A stretch of 64,000 nt of DNA from an uncultured Parachlamydiaceae bacterium (GTDB taxonomy: Bacteria; Chlamydiota; Chlamydiia; Chlamydiales; Parachlamydiaceae), in assembly GCA_963742415.1 (NCBI GenBank), contig CAVULX010000003.1, positions 896,001 to 960,000 on the forward strand, written 5' to 3'. The stretch's first letter is position 1; each line of letters begins with the position of its first letter. Below the pieces are notes generated by a model. It made no database searches, was not told the DNA's origin, and saw only the letters and a list, made by a program, of their open reading frames with translations. The translations under genes were made by a program, and so were the position numbers. Shown here in pieces: positions 9,302-18,519 of this stretch.

Positions 9302-11713
9302 CTAACCAATGCTTTGCAAGAAGTTGATGATCGCCCGGTTATCGGAGCGAAGAATGCCAGAGTGCAGGCGTAGTGTGGTCGACCCCTCTCCAAAAATGAG
9401 AGTGACGTTTGGGTGAAGGAATCCGAAACTCCCTCTAATCGAAGCTTTCACTTTTTCTGCCACGGCATGGCATTGAAAATAGGCGACTAGTAAGCTGGCT
9501 TTAAATTTGTGAAAGGTCCCCTTTATCTTTACGTCGATGAATGTGAGTTCTGACTTATCATCGACGGAGGATACGGTAATGTTTCGCCCTTTTGCAGGTC
9601 TAAGGCTTTCTGGGATATTTTTGAGGACATCTCTATTGTTTTCAAAGAAGAGCCGCCGGAATTCATCGACTTGATCTGCGGCGAACTCGTAAAGAAGACA
9701 AAACCATTGATTGCTCAAACGATCTGTTTGATTCACTTCTGCCCTAAAAAGCTCATCGAAGGATTCCCAGTCTTCATCATTGTTATTGATTATGTAAAAT
9801 GGGGAACCGTAGCAGTGATCCATGCCAAGCATGTCAAATTTTTGACCGCTTCCAAATAGGACAAAATTCAATTTGCCTTCAAGGATCTCATCTTCAAAGT
9901 GCGTCAATAACGCTTTAGTTTTCTCGGAATTGAAATAATCATTTGTGAAATCTAAGGCAATTGTCAACCGGTCTGTTTTTGGTTTTTCTTTTAAAATTCT
10001 TTCTATGTCGCCAATGAGGTCTCTTTGAGCATAGTTTGTATTTGTATGATCGGATTCGATACTGGGGTTGAAGGCGCACCCATAAAGGTCAATTTGTTCA
10101 ACACTCTCATCAGCCAAAATCGTTTCAAGTTTTTGATTTTTTCCAATAAAATTGGCATGTTCAAAATAGAACCAATTGCACCAGGTTGTTACTGGCTTCT
10201 TCTCATCCGCTCTAATTGCCAGATTCACCCCTGCAAAGACGGTCTCTGCGGTTTTGCCAAGACCACCCTTAACATATCTGCGCAGTTTTTCCGGGACAAT
10301 CTTTAATTGGCCCGTATAAATTGACCCAAAGTCTCTTGATTTATAAGGAAGTGTCAGTTCTAAGAGGGTGATAAGCTCGGCGAAAGCTAACTCCATTGCC
10401 TGGATGAAGCCATTGTCATTGTCATCCTCTATCGAATTATTTGCAGTTTCAAGGTGCGTAATGATGTTAGACAGGGCCGCCTGAAAAATCTGTTTTATAA
10501 CTTGATCTTCATCTTCATAAATGTCACCCGAATTTTTATCGATTTTATCAAAGAGACTTTGCAGCATTTGAATAAACGATAACCCTAAAATTTGCACATG
10601 AGATTTTGTAGAATTCTTTACCAGAAGTTGAAATTCCTCAGTTTGTTTTTGATCAAGGAAATCTTGTTTGTTTTCATAGTAGGAAATTTTAGAAAAGTCC
10701 TTTTCCGATTCTTTGGATGATTTTGGAAGAGGAAAAGCCTCCGGGATAAGGCGGCGCAATTGGATGGCTCCTAGAACGATTCCGGTTTCTTCCATAAAAG
10801 ATTGAACCAGGGGTTTATGGATTTTGAGAACGGTGTTAGAGGTTAAATTTGTAAATAAGGGAAGTATTTTCATCCCTCCAATTTCCTTTTTATAGCATTC
10901 AAACTTAACCCTGCATATAGCGGCACATTTTTGTTTGAGGAATTTTCTTACCTGCGCATTCTGCTTTTCTTCCATCGAGTCGATTAACCCATTAATCTCC
11001 TCTTTAATTTCTTCGAATAGTATGGAAAAATCGTCTTCTAGCTCTTTGACTCCTTCCGTCAAAATTACCCCACCCAGATCTTTGGTAAAATCGAACAGAA
11101 GGTCTTCGTTTCTCTCCATTGCGTCCAAAATGAGCTGTTTCCAATTTTTTTCATTGTCTCGATTCAAGACGACAAATTTGAGCGGAAGGAACTGTTCAAA
11201 TTTAGGGGTATCTGTGAGGACAAGAGGGCTGCTACTCTTTAAGGCAAACCGTTCATTAGTTTTATCGCTTATATTAGGGCAATAGCGGGAGAAGGCTCGA
11301 TGATACTGATAGCGGGAAAATGGGGAAACTTGGAAAGCCGACTCAAAAAACTTCCAACTCATAATTCTTGCCGTGGCTGGCATGAGGGGAGCTATTTTGT
11401 TCAGGTAATTGACTGATAGGAACCGAAATTCATTTTTTAAAGTTAAATTATCGGTTTTTTTTTGTGCTTCAGACATCAAACTAAAATTCCGGCGCCAGGC
11501 GGTCTCGGATTTTAAAATTGTTGGACTTTTCCCAAAAATCGATGAAGCAATATCGGATATTTTTGAAAGGGTAAAATGAAAAAAAGATGAGGTTAAAAGA
11601 AAGACGGAAGAGGCAATCTTCTTACTTTTATTTGGGATGAATTTACTTTCATTGGGGATGATTTTTGGAAGAATATCGAATTCTTTATCAAATGGAGCTG
11701 TTGTTGTAACCAT
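9302..11713 (-). CDS. Hypothetical protein with a probable C-terminal PLP-dependent (Cys/Met metabolism-like, fold type I) domain
   Basis: 803-aa ORF with AGGA RBS; motifs LDFT, GSGQKF, GSFG and LRLHSG occur in the order of DNT, HSxTK, SLG and IRLSVG in trans-sulfuration enzymes. Confidence 0.55.
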   Translation of the reverse strand: MVTTTAPFDKEFDILPKIIPNESKFIPNKSKKIASSVFLLTSSFFHFTLSKISDIASSIFGKSPTILKSETAWRRNFSLMSEAQKKTDNLTLKNEFRFLSVNYLNKIAPLMPATARIMSWKFFESAFQVSPFSRYQYHRAFSRYCPNISDKTNERFALKSSSPLVLTDTPKFEQFLPLKFVVLNRDNEKNWKQLILDAMERNEDLLFDFTKDLGGVILTEGVKELEDDFSILFEEIKEEINGLIDSMEEKQNAQVRKFLKQKCAAICRVKFECYKKEIGGMKILPLFTNLTSNTVLKIHKPLVQSFMEETGIVLGAIQLRRLIPEAFPLPKSSKESEKDFSKISYYENKQDFLDQKQTEEFQLLVKNSTKSHVQILGLSFIQMLQSLFDKIDKNSGDIYEDEDQVIKQIFQAALSNIITHLETANNSIEDDNDNGFIQAMELAFAELITLLELTLPYKSRDFGSIYTGQLKIVPEKLRRYVKGGLGKTAETVFAGVNLAIRADEKKPVTTWCNWFYFEHANFIGKNQKLETILADESVEQIDLYGCAFNPSIESDHTNTNYAQRDLIGDIERILKEKPKTDRLTIALDFTNDYFNSEKTKALLTHFEDEILEGKLNFVLFGSGQKFDMLGMDHCYGSPFYIINNNDEDWESFDELFRAEVNQTDRLSNQWFCLLYEFAADQVDEFRRLFFENNRDVLKNIPESLRPAKGRNITVSSVDDKSELTFIDVKIKGTFHKFKASLLVAYFQCHAVAEKVKASIRGSFGFLHPNVTLIFGEGSTTLRLHSGILRSDNRAIINFLQSIG

Positions 11714-11937
11714 TTTATTCCTTTCTCTATTTTCCTGATAAAATCTAATAAATTAAGTAAAATCATAATTAATATTGAATTAAATTACAAGTTGATCAAT
11801 AAGGAATAAATTAAAATATTTTTTAATAATATAAGCAAGATAGAAAAGGGGGAACAGGATAGGCAGGCATACGCATCAGGCTAACTCCAAAAAAGATTTT
11901 TATGCTCATTTTTTCGAAGTTAGCCTGATGCGTATGC

Positions 11938-12618
11938 TTACCTATCCCACTTATCCTGCTTTTCCATTGTTTTGATGCATAATTTGCGCATTCCTGATCC
12001 ATAAGGATCAATTTCAAGCTGCATTTGAGAGCCTGTCGCATACCGATGCACAAGCTCCCGATCGTGGCAGACAACCAACACGGTTACCCCATTTTGAACG
12101 AGCGAGATTAAAAATTCGAAGACTAACATCGCATTTTGTTCATCAAGAGTTGCAGTAGGTTCATCTAGGAGCAAAATATTCATAGGTTTTTGCAAAACCA
12201 TGGAAAGCGCTAAAATTTGACGCTGCCCGCCTGATAGTTGATGGACAGGCTTTGAGGGGTCAATATGAAATTTGTCTAGAAATTCAGGATAAAAATGGGG
12301 GGAATTCAAACCGCAAAATGGGTGTGGAAATCTATTCATGCAAGCAAACCTCAAATTCTCTTCAAAAGAGAATTGGTCGGCAATCATAGAATCAAAACGT
12401 TGATTTACAAGGACGACCCTATTTCCTCCGTTGATTTCCCCTTTAATGATGGCTTTAGGGGGAATTTTCCCACTTAAAAGGTTTAACAAAACTGTTTTTC
12501 CGATTCCATTTTTTCCATGGAGGACATGTATTTGATTTGCCGCAAGCTCAAAAGAGAGATCTTTAAAGAAATAGGGGGCGTTTTTTTCATGTTGAAAACA
12601 CAATTGATTGACTTGCAT
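11938..12618 (-). CDS. ABC transporter ATP-binding protein
   Basis: Walker A GKNGIGKT, signature LSGGQ, Walker B LLLDEPT, H-loop VCHD; start placed at ATG 12618 next to the permease stop. Confidence 0.92.
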   Translation of the reverse strand: MQVNQLCFQHEKNAPYFFKDLSFELAANQIHVLHGKNGIGKTVLLNLLSGKIPPKAIIKGEINGGNRVVLVNQRFDSMIADQFSFEENLRFACMNRFPHPFCGLNSPHFYPEFLDKFHIDPSKPVHQLSGGQRQILALSMVLQKPMNILLLDEPTATLDEQNAMLVFEFLISLVQNGVTVLVVCHDRELVHRYATGSQMQLEIDPYGSGMRKLCIKTMEKQDKWDR

Positions 12619-12619
12619 T

Positions 12620-13441
12620 TCAGACTCCCAGATGGTCAAGGGTTAAAGTTTGTTTTCGTTGCCCAGCAAACAAGATCCCCAATATCAATAAAGCTTGAAA
12701 GGCATTGAAATATTTGAGATTTAGCCCAAGGCGTAAAAGGGATTGTTGGATGAGGAAATAGGCTAAAATGCCGAAAAGAGGAACCCAAATGCTGGGAATT
12801 CTCATCCGTACTATCTGTTTTCCGATCATAAGAGCAGTTAAACATAACAAGATAATCCCAAAATTCATGGAGAGATCGACAAATGAATTGGATTGAGCAA
12901 ATAAAAACCCGCTCAACCCTGCCAAGCCGTGCCCTATCATCACTCCGGCAAAAACAACATAACGAGTTGAAAGGAGATGGTTGTGAAAGAAGAGGGGATT
13001 ATTTCCATAAATGGCCAAGCTAAAACCAAGCTGAGAGTGCAAGATTAAATAGAAAATCGTGAATAGGAAACCGCTTAACCCCAAAAGAAAAATCATCTCA
13101 TGAATTGGAAAGTTGTAAGAAAAGCTTTTCATCGAGCCTCCCAGGAAATATTGGGTAAGTCCATGAAAAAGGCCGTTGGTGATGATAGCTGCTAAAAGGA
13201 AGGGAAATCGTAAAATTTGGTTCATGCAGCTTACGACTGCTCCCACAATGACCCCGCCGCCTATCGAACTTAAAAAAACGAGAGGCAAGGGGAGATCTTT
13301 GGCTAGGTAGGCGCAAACCGCCCCGAATAAATAGGCGCTTTCGATGCTAAAGTCGGGCAGTTTAAGCAGAGAGATTGTCAGGTAGGCGCCTACAATGAGG
13401 GGCAAGGCAATTAAAGCTTGTTCAATAATTGAATAAATCAT
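12620..13441 (-). CDS. ABC transporter permease (BPD_transp_2-like)
   Basis: Highly hydrophobic 273 aa; LKLPDFSIESAYLFGA N-terminal motif typical of permeases partnering ABC_sub_bind proteins. Confidence 0.88.
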   Translation of the reverse strand: MIYSIIEQALIALPLIVGAYLTISLLKLPDFSIESAYLFGAVCAYLAKDLPLPLVFLSSIGGGVIVGAVVSCMNQILRFPFLLAAIITNGLFHGLTQYFLGGSMKSFSYNFPIHEMIFLLGLSGFLFTIFYLILHSQLGFSLAIYGNNPLFFHNHLLSTRYVVFAGVMIGHGLAGLSGFLFAQSNSFVDLSMNFGIILLCLTALMIGKQIVRMRIPSIWVPLFGILAYFLIQQSLLRLGLNLKYFNAFQALLILGILFAGQRKQTLTLDHLGV

Positions 13442-13443
13442 GA

Positions 13444-14400
13444 TTACTCCTTTTTATCTGCTGGAATAAGAAAGGGATCTATTCCTTGCCTTTTTGCAGC
13501 TTCAGCATTAACGCGAAGGGAAAATTCAGAAACGGGGGTTACAGGGATGGCACCAGGAGTGGTTCCTTGATTTAAAATCAAAAGGGCTTTCTTTGCAGCC
13601 TCTTTGCCAAAATCAACTTCATGAACTCCGTATCCAAATGCTGCCCCTCTATCTGGAGAATCTAAATCGCTTGCCATGAGGGGAATCTGGTAGGCGTCGC
13701 ACAGTTTGACGAGAACGTCCAAACCTGCAACGACAGTGTTGTCTTTCAGTACAAGGATAGCATCGGATGTTTCTAGGAAAGGGGATACTTTTGCCTTAAT
13801 TTCGTTGGTTTGAAAAGTTTCGACGCTGGTTAAACCGATTCCCATCTCTTTGAGGATCCGTTCGATTTCTTGCTGGTCTTTTTGAAGACCAGGTTCTGCG
13901 GGGTTATAGACAAGCAGAATCTGTTTCGTTTGGGGCTTAAAATTTAACAAAGCAGCCAGCTCTTCCTTAAAATTGAGCATCTCTTTCACGCCAGTGACGT
14001 TGCCTCCAGGAGTTTGCTCCGAGCTGACAATGTGAAAGCCAATGGGGTCATTGACACAGGTAAAAACAATCGGTGTACTCAACCCCTTTTTAGATAACAC
14101 TTCTCTGGTCATTTGAGAGGCTGACGCTCCCAAAGTGAATATGAGGGCAAAATTTTGACGGGCGATCTCTTCAATTTCTGAACGCATCAATGTTTTGTTT
14201 CCCTGGGCATTGAATGTCACAAAATGGTATTTGCCAGGATGTTGTTCTTCCATCGTCTTGACAAAGCCTTGTTCAATTTGTTCCAAGCTAGGGTGGGTTA
14301 CAGGGGTTAAAATGGCAATGGAGATAGGCTTATTATTTTCTTTTCTGCAGCCATAAAACAGTGAAAGAATAAGCAAACAGACTATAAATAAATTTTTCAT
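13444..14400 (-). CDS. ABC transporter substrate-binding lipoprotein (ABC_sub_bind, aromatic amino acid/TrpX-like)
   Basis: Start ATG 14400 gives a signal peptide with lipobox LFYGC; motifs HPSLEQIEQGF, NAQG, PIVFTCVNDP, GNVTGV, DNTV. Confidence 0.88.
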   Translation of the reverse strand: MKNLFIVCLLILSLFYGCRKENNKPISIAILTPVTHPSLEQIEQGFVKTMEEQHPGKYHFVTFNAQGNKTLMRSEIEEIARQNFALIFTLGASASQMTREVLSKKGLSTPIVFTCVNDPIGFHIVSSEQTPGGNVTGVKEMLNFKEELAALLNFKPQTKQILLVYNPAEPGLQKDQQEIERILKEMGIGLTSVETFQTNEIKAKVSPFLETSDAILVLKDNTVVAGLDVLVKLCDAYQIPLMASDLDSPDRGAAFGYGVHEVDFGKEAAKKALLILNQGTTPGAIPVTPVSEFSLRVNAEAAKRQGIDPFLIPADKKE

Positions 14401-15074
14401 ATATACCTTTTTAATATTTTTGCAGGGATTTTGATCGAATCGTACAAGGGTTTTTTCGATGCGATCGGAAAGCGATGGTGAAGCACGGGCAAATCGGTAC
14501 ACCCCAAAACCACACCATCAAAGGAGTTTTCACTTGCTATCTGAGAGATTACCTCGCTCATCAAAAAAGAGTCTTTGGGGGTGATTTCACCCTTGAGCAC
14601 GCGGTCGATGACCTCGTCGGCCAGCCTTTGATGCTGGGGGTAAGGATAAACCATTTCCATCTCAGGATGTTGATAAAGTTGGGAATTGCATGTGTTTTGC
14701 GTTCCTAGAATCAATAAACGGCGATGCCCTCTTTCTTTGGCTTCTTCCATCACAAGAAACGGGAGAGCATAAAAAGAAAAGGGGGTTTTCTTCCCTTCCA
14801 AAAGGGGCAAATAGAGATGCAATGTATTGCACGTCAGAATTCCGACGTCCACACGATATTGAGAAAGAATGTCCACACAATATTGCAATTCATCTTTAAG
14901 CTTGCTTTCATTGACAACTCCTTCTTCAAGTGTCAAAGCTCTCGAAAAAGGATAATTGATCAGTAAAATTTCAGGCACTTGATGTGCCTGAAGGTAACAT
15001 TCTTGAACAATCGTTTCATAAAAAAGAGCGCTTGCCAACGGGCCGGCACCTCCAATGATTCCTATTTTTTTCAT
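14397..15074 (-). CDS. Aspartate/glutamate racemase family protein (PLP-independent, two-Cys)
   Basis: IGIIGGAGPLAS N-terminus; catalytic CNT and GCT motifs both intact. Confidence 0.9.
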   Translation of the reverse strand: MKKIGIIGGAGPLASALFYETIVQECYLQAHQVPEILLINYPFSRALTLEEGVVNESKLKDELQYCVDILSQYRVDVGILTCNTLHLYLPLLEGKKTPFSFYALPFLVMEEAKERGHRRLLILGTQNTCNSQLYQHPEMEMVYPYPQHQRLADEVIDRVLKGEITPKDSFLMSEVISQIASENSFDGVVLGCTDLPVLHHRFPIASKKPLYDSIKIPAKILKRYI

Positions 15075-16396
15075 ATCATCCCCCTATTTTTCAAAATGGC
15101 TTCAGGAGAAGCATCTAAAAAGAGGGTTTCAGATAGAGCATGCAAGCCGTTATCCGGGTGGACATGGCAGACAGAAAACGTCACTGGATTATTTCTGCTA
15201 AGCCCTAACTCAGAAACTTTAGGGATGGATTCACGATAGATCTTGGATAACAAAGGATATTTTTCTCGATTGTCAAACAAGGGGAGTGCTTCAGGCTGTA
15301 CTTGAGCCATAAAATCGGCCGCCACAGCATAAAACATCTCTTCAGGAGATTTCGCGGCCTGTTCAATTCGTTCTCGATAAGGCTGCAGATCGATGGCCGA
15401 GAAAGTGCAATTGAAGCACTTTTTCTGCTCATCATGCCGCATCTTCCGGTCAGGATGCCGGAAGAAGTACTGATGGCATTTTTTTGCCTCTTCGGTACAA
15501 ACAGGAAGTGAAAACGACCCATCTGTAGCAATGGCTTCAAAAACAATCACAGGAGTCTTTGCTTGTATCTCCCCAAAAGGTTTCACCACTGTTCCGGCCA
15601 CCCCATCTTTGGTCATGACTTTGACTTTGATCACATAAGGGATATTCTTTTTAGCTATTTCTGACACGAAGTGAGCCATCCCTGCAAGCTTAGGGAGTGT
15701 AAAGGTCTTCTCCTTATTTAGGCTTATGTTGGAAATCATCGGATCAAAACTGGAACTCATTTGCAAGTCTTCTTGCGCCATCAGGTGCAATTCGGAACGG
15801 AGAGGGGAGCTTTCCGCTGAGGAAGCAAAGAGGGACTTAATATGAGATTCAAAATCATCAACCAAGGCTTGCCGAGCGGCATTTTCTCGAGATCTTTTTT
15901 GATCTCTCAAAAAATCTTGAAATTTGTTTTTGGGAGCCGGAGCTTTTGCTTTCATTTCTTTCATGGCAGCTTGAATTGTTTTAACAAACAGATTCATGTC
16001 GCTAATTAACGACAGAGATAAAAAAAATGAAAGATGGAGAAACCTGTTTTCTCCGTTTTTAGACAATTTCTCCTCCTCTGTTTGTTGGGAGTAAACAGCC
16101 ATGATTTGAACTGCTCTCATGGAAGAAAGATGGCATTGATTTTGATGATCTTTGGGATCGATTAAGAACAAGCCCTCTTTTTTCGAGAGAAGAAAAACGT
16201 TGACTCGGATCAGCAGATCTAGGCATTCATCGATAAATTTCCTTTTCTTATCGATCTCTCCTTCAGATCTAAAAGATTGACATTGAGTCATTAAACCTTG
16301 GCTGCGAGGTTGTGTTAAATGGAAGTCGGAAAATATTTTTTCGGCTTCCTGTCCAAAAAAGTATTTACACGTTGTTTCTGTATTGTTAACTAACAT
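15071..16396 (-). CDS. Hypothetical protein, first gene of the racemase-ABC operon
   Basis: 441-aa ORF; AAGGAG RBS; stop overlaps the racemase start (ATGA). Confidence 0.8.
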   Translation of the reverse strand: MLVNNTETTCKYFFGQEAEKIFSDFHLTQPRSQGLMTQCQSFRSEGEIDKKRKFIDECLDLLIRVNVFLLSKKEGLFLIDPKDHQNQCHLSSMRAVQIMAVYSQQTEEEKLSKNGENRFLHLSFFLSLSLISDMNLFVKTIQAAMKEMKAKAPAPKNKFQDFLRDQKRSRENAARQALVDDFESHIKSLFASSAESSPLRSELHLMAQEDLQMSSSFDPMISNISLNKEKTFTLPKLAGMAHFVSEIAKKNIPYVIKVKVMTKDGVAGTVVKPFGEIQAKTPVIVFEAIATDGSFSLPVCTEEAKKCHQYFFRHPDRKMRHDEQKKCFNCTFSAIDLQPYRERIEQAAKSPEEMFYAVAADFMAQVQPEALPLFDNREKYPLLSKIYRESIPKVSELGLSRNNPVTFSVCHVHPDNGLHALSETLFLDASPEAILKNRGMI

Positions 16397-16508
16397 AAAT
16401 TCTCCTTAATTTTTGTTTTAAATTTTTTAAGCTAGGCTTGTTTTTTTATTATGCAGCCTGTTTTCTCTTATTCCACGGCGGCGATCTTTATTTTAAACCG
16501 CTATGAAA

Positions 16509-16543
16509 TTGTAACGTTACAACATTACAGCATTTCACGTCAA
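16509..16543 (-). promoter_or_regulatory. Putative promoter with a palindromic operator overlapping the -10
   Basis: Minus strand TTGACG (16543-16538), 18 nt, TAACGT; perfect 14-bp palindrome TTGTAACGTTACAA at 16509-16522. Confidence 0.55.
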
Positions 16544-16626
16544 CCTTTTTGTTTTTAACACCGTATTTTTAATTTCGGCCTGAAGTTTGGGCATTTATTT
16601 ATATTTAAGAAATGACCAATCTTAAA

Positions 16627-16678
16627 CAGGCCTTCGGCCTGATAACAAATGGTTTTCCTTAGATTGATGTGTATGCGG
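16627..16678. repeat. About 50-bp dispersed repeat, copy A
   Basis: CAGGCCTTCGGCCTGAT...CTTAGnTTGATGyGTATGyGG, also at 29002-29054. Confidence 0.7.
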
Positions 16679-16781
16679 TAGCGGCGAGAGAGATGTGATA
16701 ATGTAAATAAATATTTTACAAATGTCCAAAATTTCAGACACAAATTTAATTTCGGATGCTACCCGAAAACTTACATTCGTA

Positions 16782-16877
16782 TCCTTCCATATAAGGAAAC
16801 ATTTTCAATTTTTATCCTTGCCTATAAGGATAAAATAAGATAACCTCATTCTAAGGACAGTCTCTTGCTGATAAGGG
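16782..16877 (+). promoter_or_regulatory. Promoter and repeated CTT-N6-AAG operator-like boxes upstream of the AAA ATPase
   Basis: TCCTT-ccatat-AAGGA (16782), TTTTATCCTT-gcctat-AAGGATAAAA (16810-16835), CTCTT-gctgat-AAGGG (16862); TTGCCT-17 nt-TAACCT overlaps box 2. Confidence 0.5.
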
Positions 16878-16885
16878 GGATCTAG

Positions 16886-18148
16886 ATGGAAAAGTTTTTA
16901 CAGATTCTGCAAGAAGAATTCAGAGCTTTGTTACAAAAAACGGCCCATAGTGTCTTGCGCCACTATCAATTTCCTAAAGCCAAAGATCTTGCAAAAGTTG
17001 CTGTGGGTATGAGGAGATCGGGAAAGACCTATTTTTTATTTCAAATGATGAGAGAGCTTGTTTCCCAACAAATCCCGGTCGACCGCCTGCTTTATCTTAA
17101 CTTCGAGGATGACAGGTTGTTGCCTATGGATCAAAAGAAGATGGGAGAGATGATCGATGCCTTGTATACACTCCAACCTGATCTTCATAATCACCGCTGT
17201 TTTCTATTCCTTGATGAAGTGCAAAATGTGGAGGGGTGGCCTTTGGTTGTTCGACGCCTTCTAGATACAAAGGATATGGAAATTTATATTACAGGGTCTT
17301 CTGCAAAATTATTGAGCAAAGAGATTGCAACTTCTTTACGTGGACGCTCATTATCGATGGAAATACAGCCTTACAACTTTCAAGAATATCTGATTTCAGA
17401 AGAAATCCCCCTGCCTTCAAAACCTTTCGGAAAAAGAGTTTTAGATCAATACCGTCTTCATTTATTGGGATTTTTTCAAAAAGGGGGATTTCCCGGAGTT
17501 CAAGCGTTGTCAGCCGATGAAAGGCTAGAGACTTTACAGAATTATGTGGAGGTAGTTGTTTTTAGAGATATCGTAGAGCGCTATAAAGTGAGTAACATCA
17601 AATTATTAAAGTACTTTGTTAGCGTCCTTTTGAAAAATGCAGGAGCTCGATTTTCGGTTAACAAATTTTATAACGACATTGTCAGCCAAGGATATAAAGT
17701 AGGAAAAGATACCTTATATACCTACCTGGAATATTTGGAAGACGCCTTCCTCATTTATACGGTTCCCATTTTTACTGAGTCCATACGGACATTAGAGAAA
17801 ACACCAAAAAAAATATATGCCATTGATAACGGCTTGATTAATGCAAATACGTTTAATTTTGCCCTTAATTTTGGAAAATTGCTAGAAAATCAAATTTATT
17901 TGGATTTGCGGCGTCAGAAAAAAGAAATTTTCTATTACACCACGAAAGAAGGTTATGAAGTAGATTTTATTACTCAAGACCAAAAAGGGGTTCACGAAAT
18001 TATCCAAGTTGTTTGGGATCAAAGTGATCAGCAAACTTACGAAAGGGAGGAAAGGGCGCTTAAATCTGCAGAGAAAGAATTGGGAATCAAAGGAAAGATC
18101 ATCGATTGGGAAGCTTACCTAAAATCTCAAGAGTCGGTACTGAATTAG
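16886..18148 (+). CDS. AAA_14 / DUF4143 family ATP-binding protein
   Basis: Walker A GMRRSGKT, YLNFED, Walker B FLDEVQ, ITGSS, KIYAIDNG, C-terminal EVDFI nuclease-like motif. Confidence 0.92.
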   Translation: MEKFLQILQEEFRALLQKTAHSVLRHYQFPKAKDLAKVAVGMRRSGKTYFLFQMMRELVSQQIPVDRLLYLNFEDDRLLPMDQKKMGEMIDALYTLQPDLHNHRCFLFLDEVQNVEGWPLVVRRLLDTKDMEIYITGSSAKLLSKEIATSLRGRSLSMEIQPYNFQEYLISEEIPLPSKPFGKRVLDQYRLHLLGFFQKGGFPGVQALSADERLETLQNYVEVVVFRDIVERYKVSNIKLLKYFVSVLLKNAGARFSVNKFYNDIVSQGYKVGKDTLYTYLEYLEDAFLIYTVPIFTESIRTLEKTPKKIYAIDNGLINANTFNFALNFGKLLENQIYLDLRRQKKEIFYYTTKEGYEVDFITQDQKGVHEIIQVVWDQSDQQTYEREERALKSAEKELGIKGKIIDWEAYLKSQESVLN

Positions 18149-18272
18149 TAGTAATTTCACCTTGAAAATGATGTGTGCATGCATTTGTGATCTAAATAAA
18201 TTTGCAAAGAATTGGGCTTTTAGCAACAAAAGCTTACAAATTTTTACCCGAAACTGTCCTCTAGAAGATTAA

Positions 18273-18474
18273 AATTTTATGCCGTCCTTACAGGACTCTG
18301 TTTTTTTTGCATTTAACCCAGGCCTCCGCTTCGCTACGACCTGGGCTATAATATTTCGGCCTTTCAGGCCGTTTTTAGGCCGAAGGCGCGGAATATCATA
18401 GCCCAGGTCGTAGCGAAGCGGAGGCCTGGGTTAAATGCAAAAAAAACAGAGTCCTGAAAGGACGGCATAAAATT
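18273..18474. repeat. Long inverted repeat (REPIN/MITE-like) built of nested hairpins
   Basis: Arms of about 75 bp are nearly perfect reverse complements (AATTTTATGCCGTCC...CTGGGCTAT / ATAGCCCAG...GGACGGCATAAAATT). Confidence 0.92.
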
Positions 18475-18519
18475 AAATCAGCACCGACTCAAAAAAAATA
18501 GTCGATGATGATTGACAAT

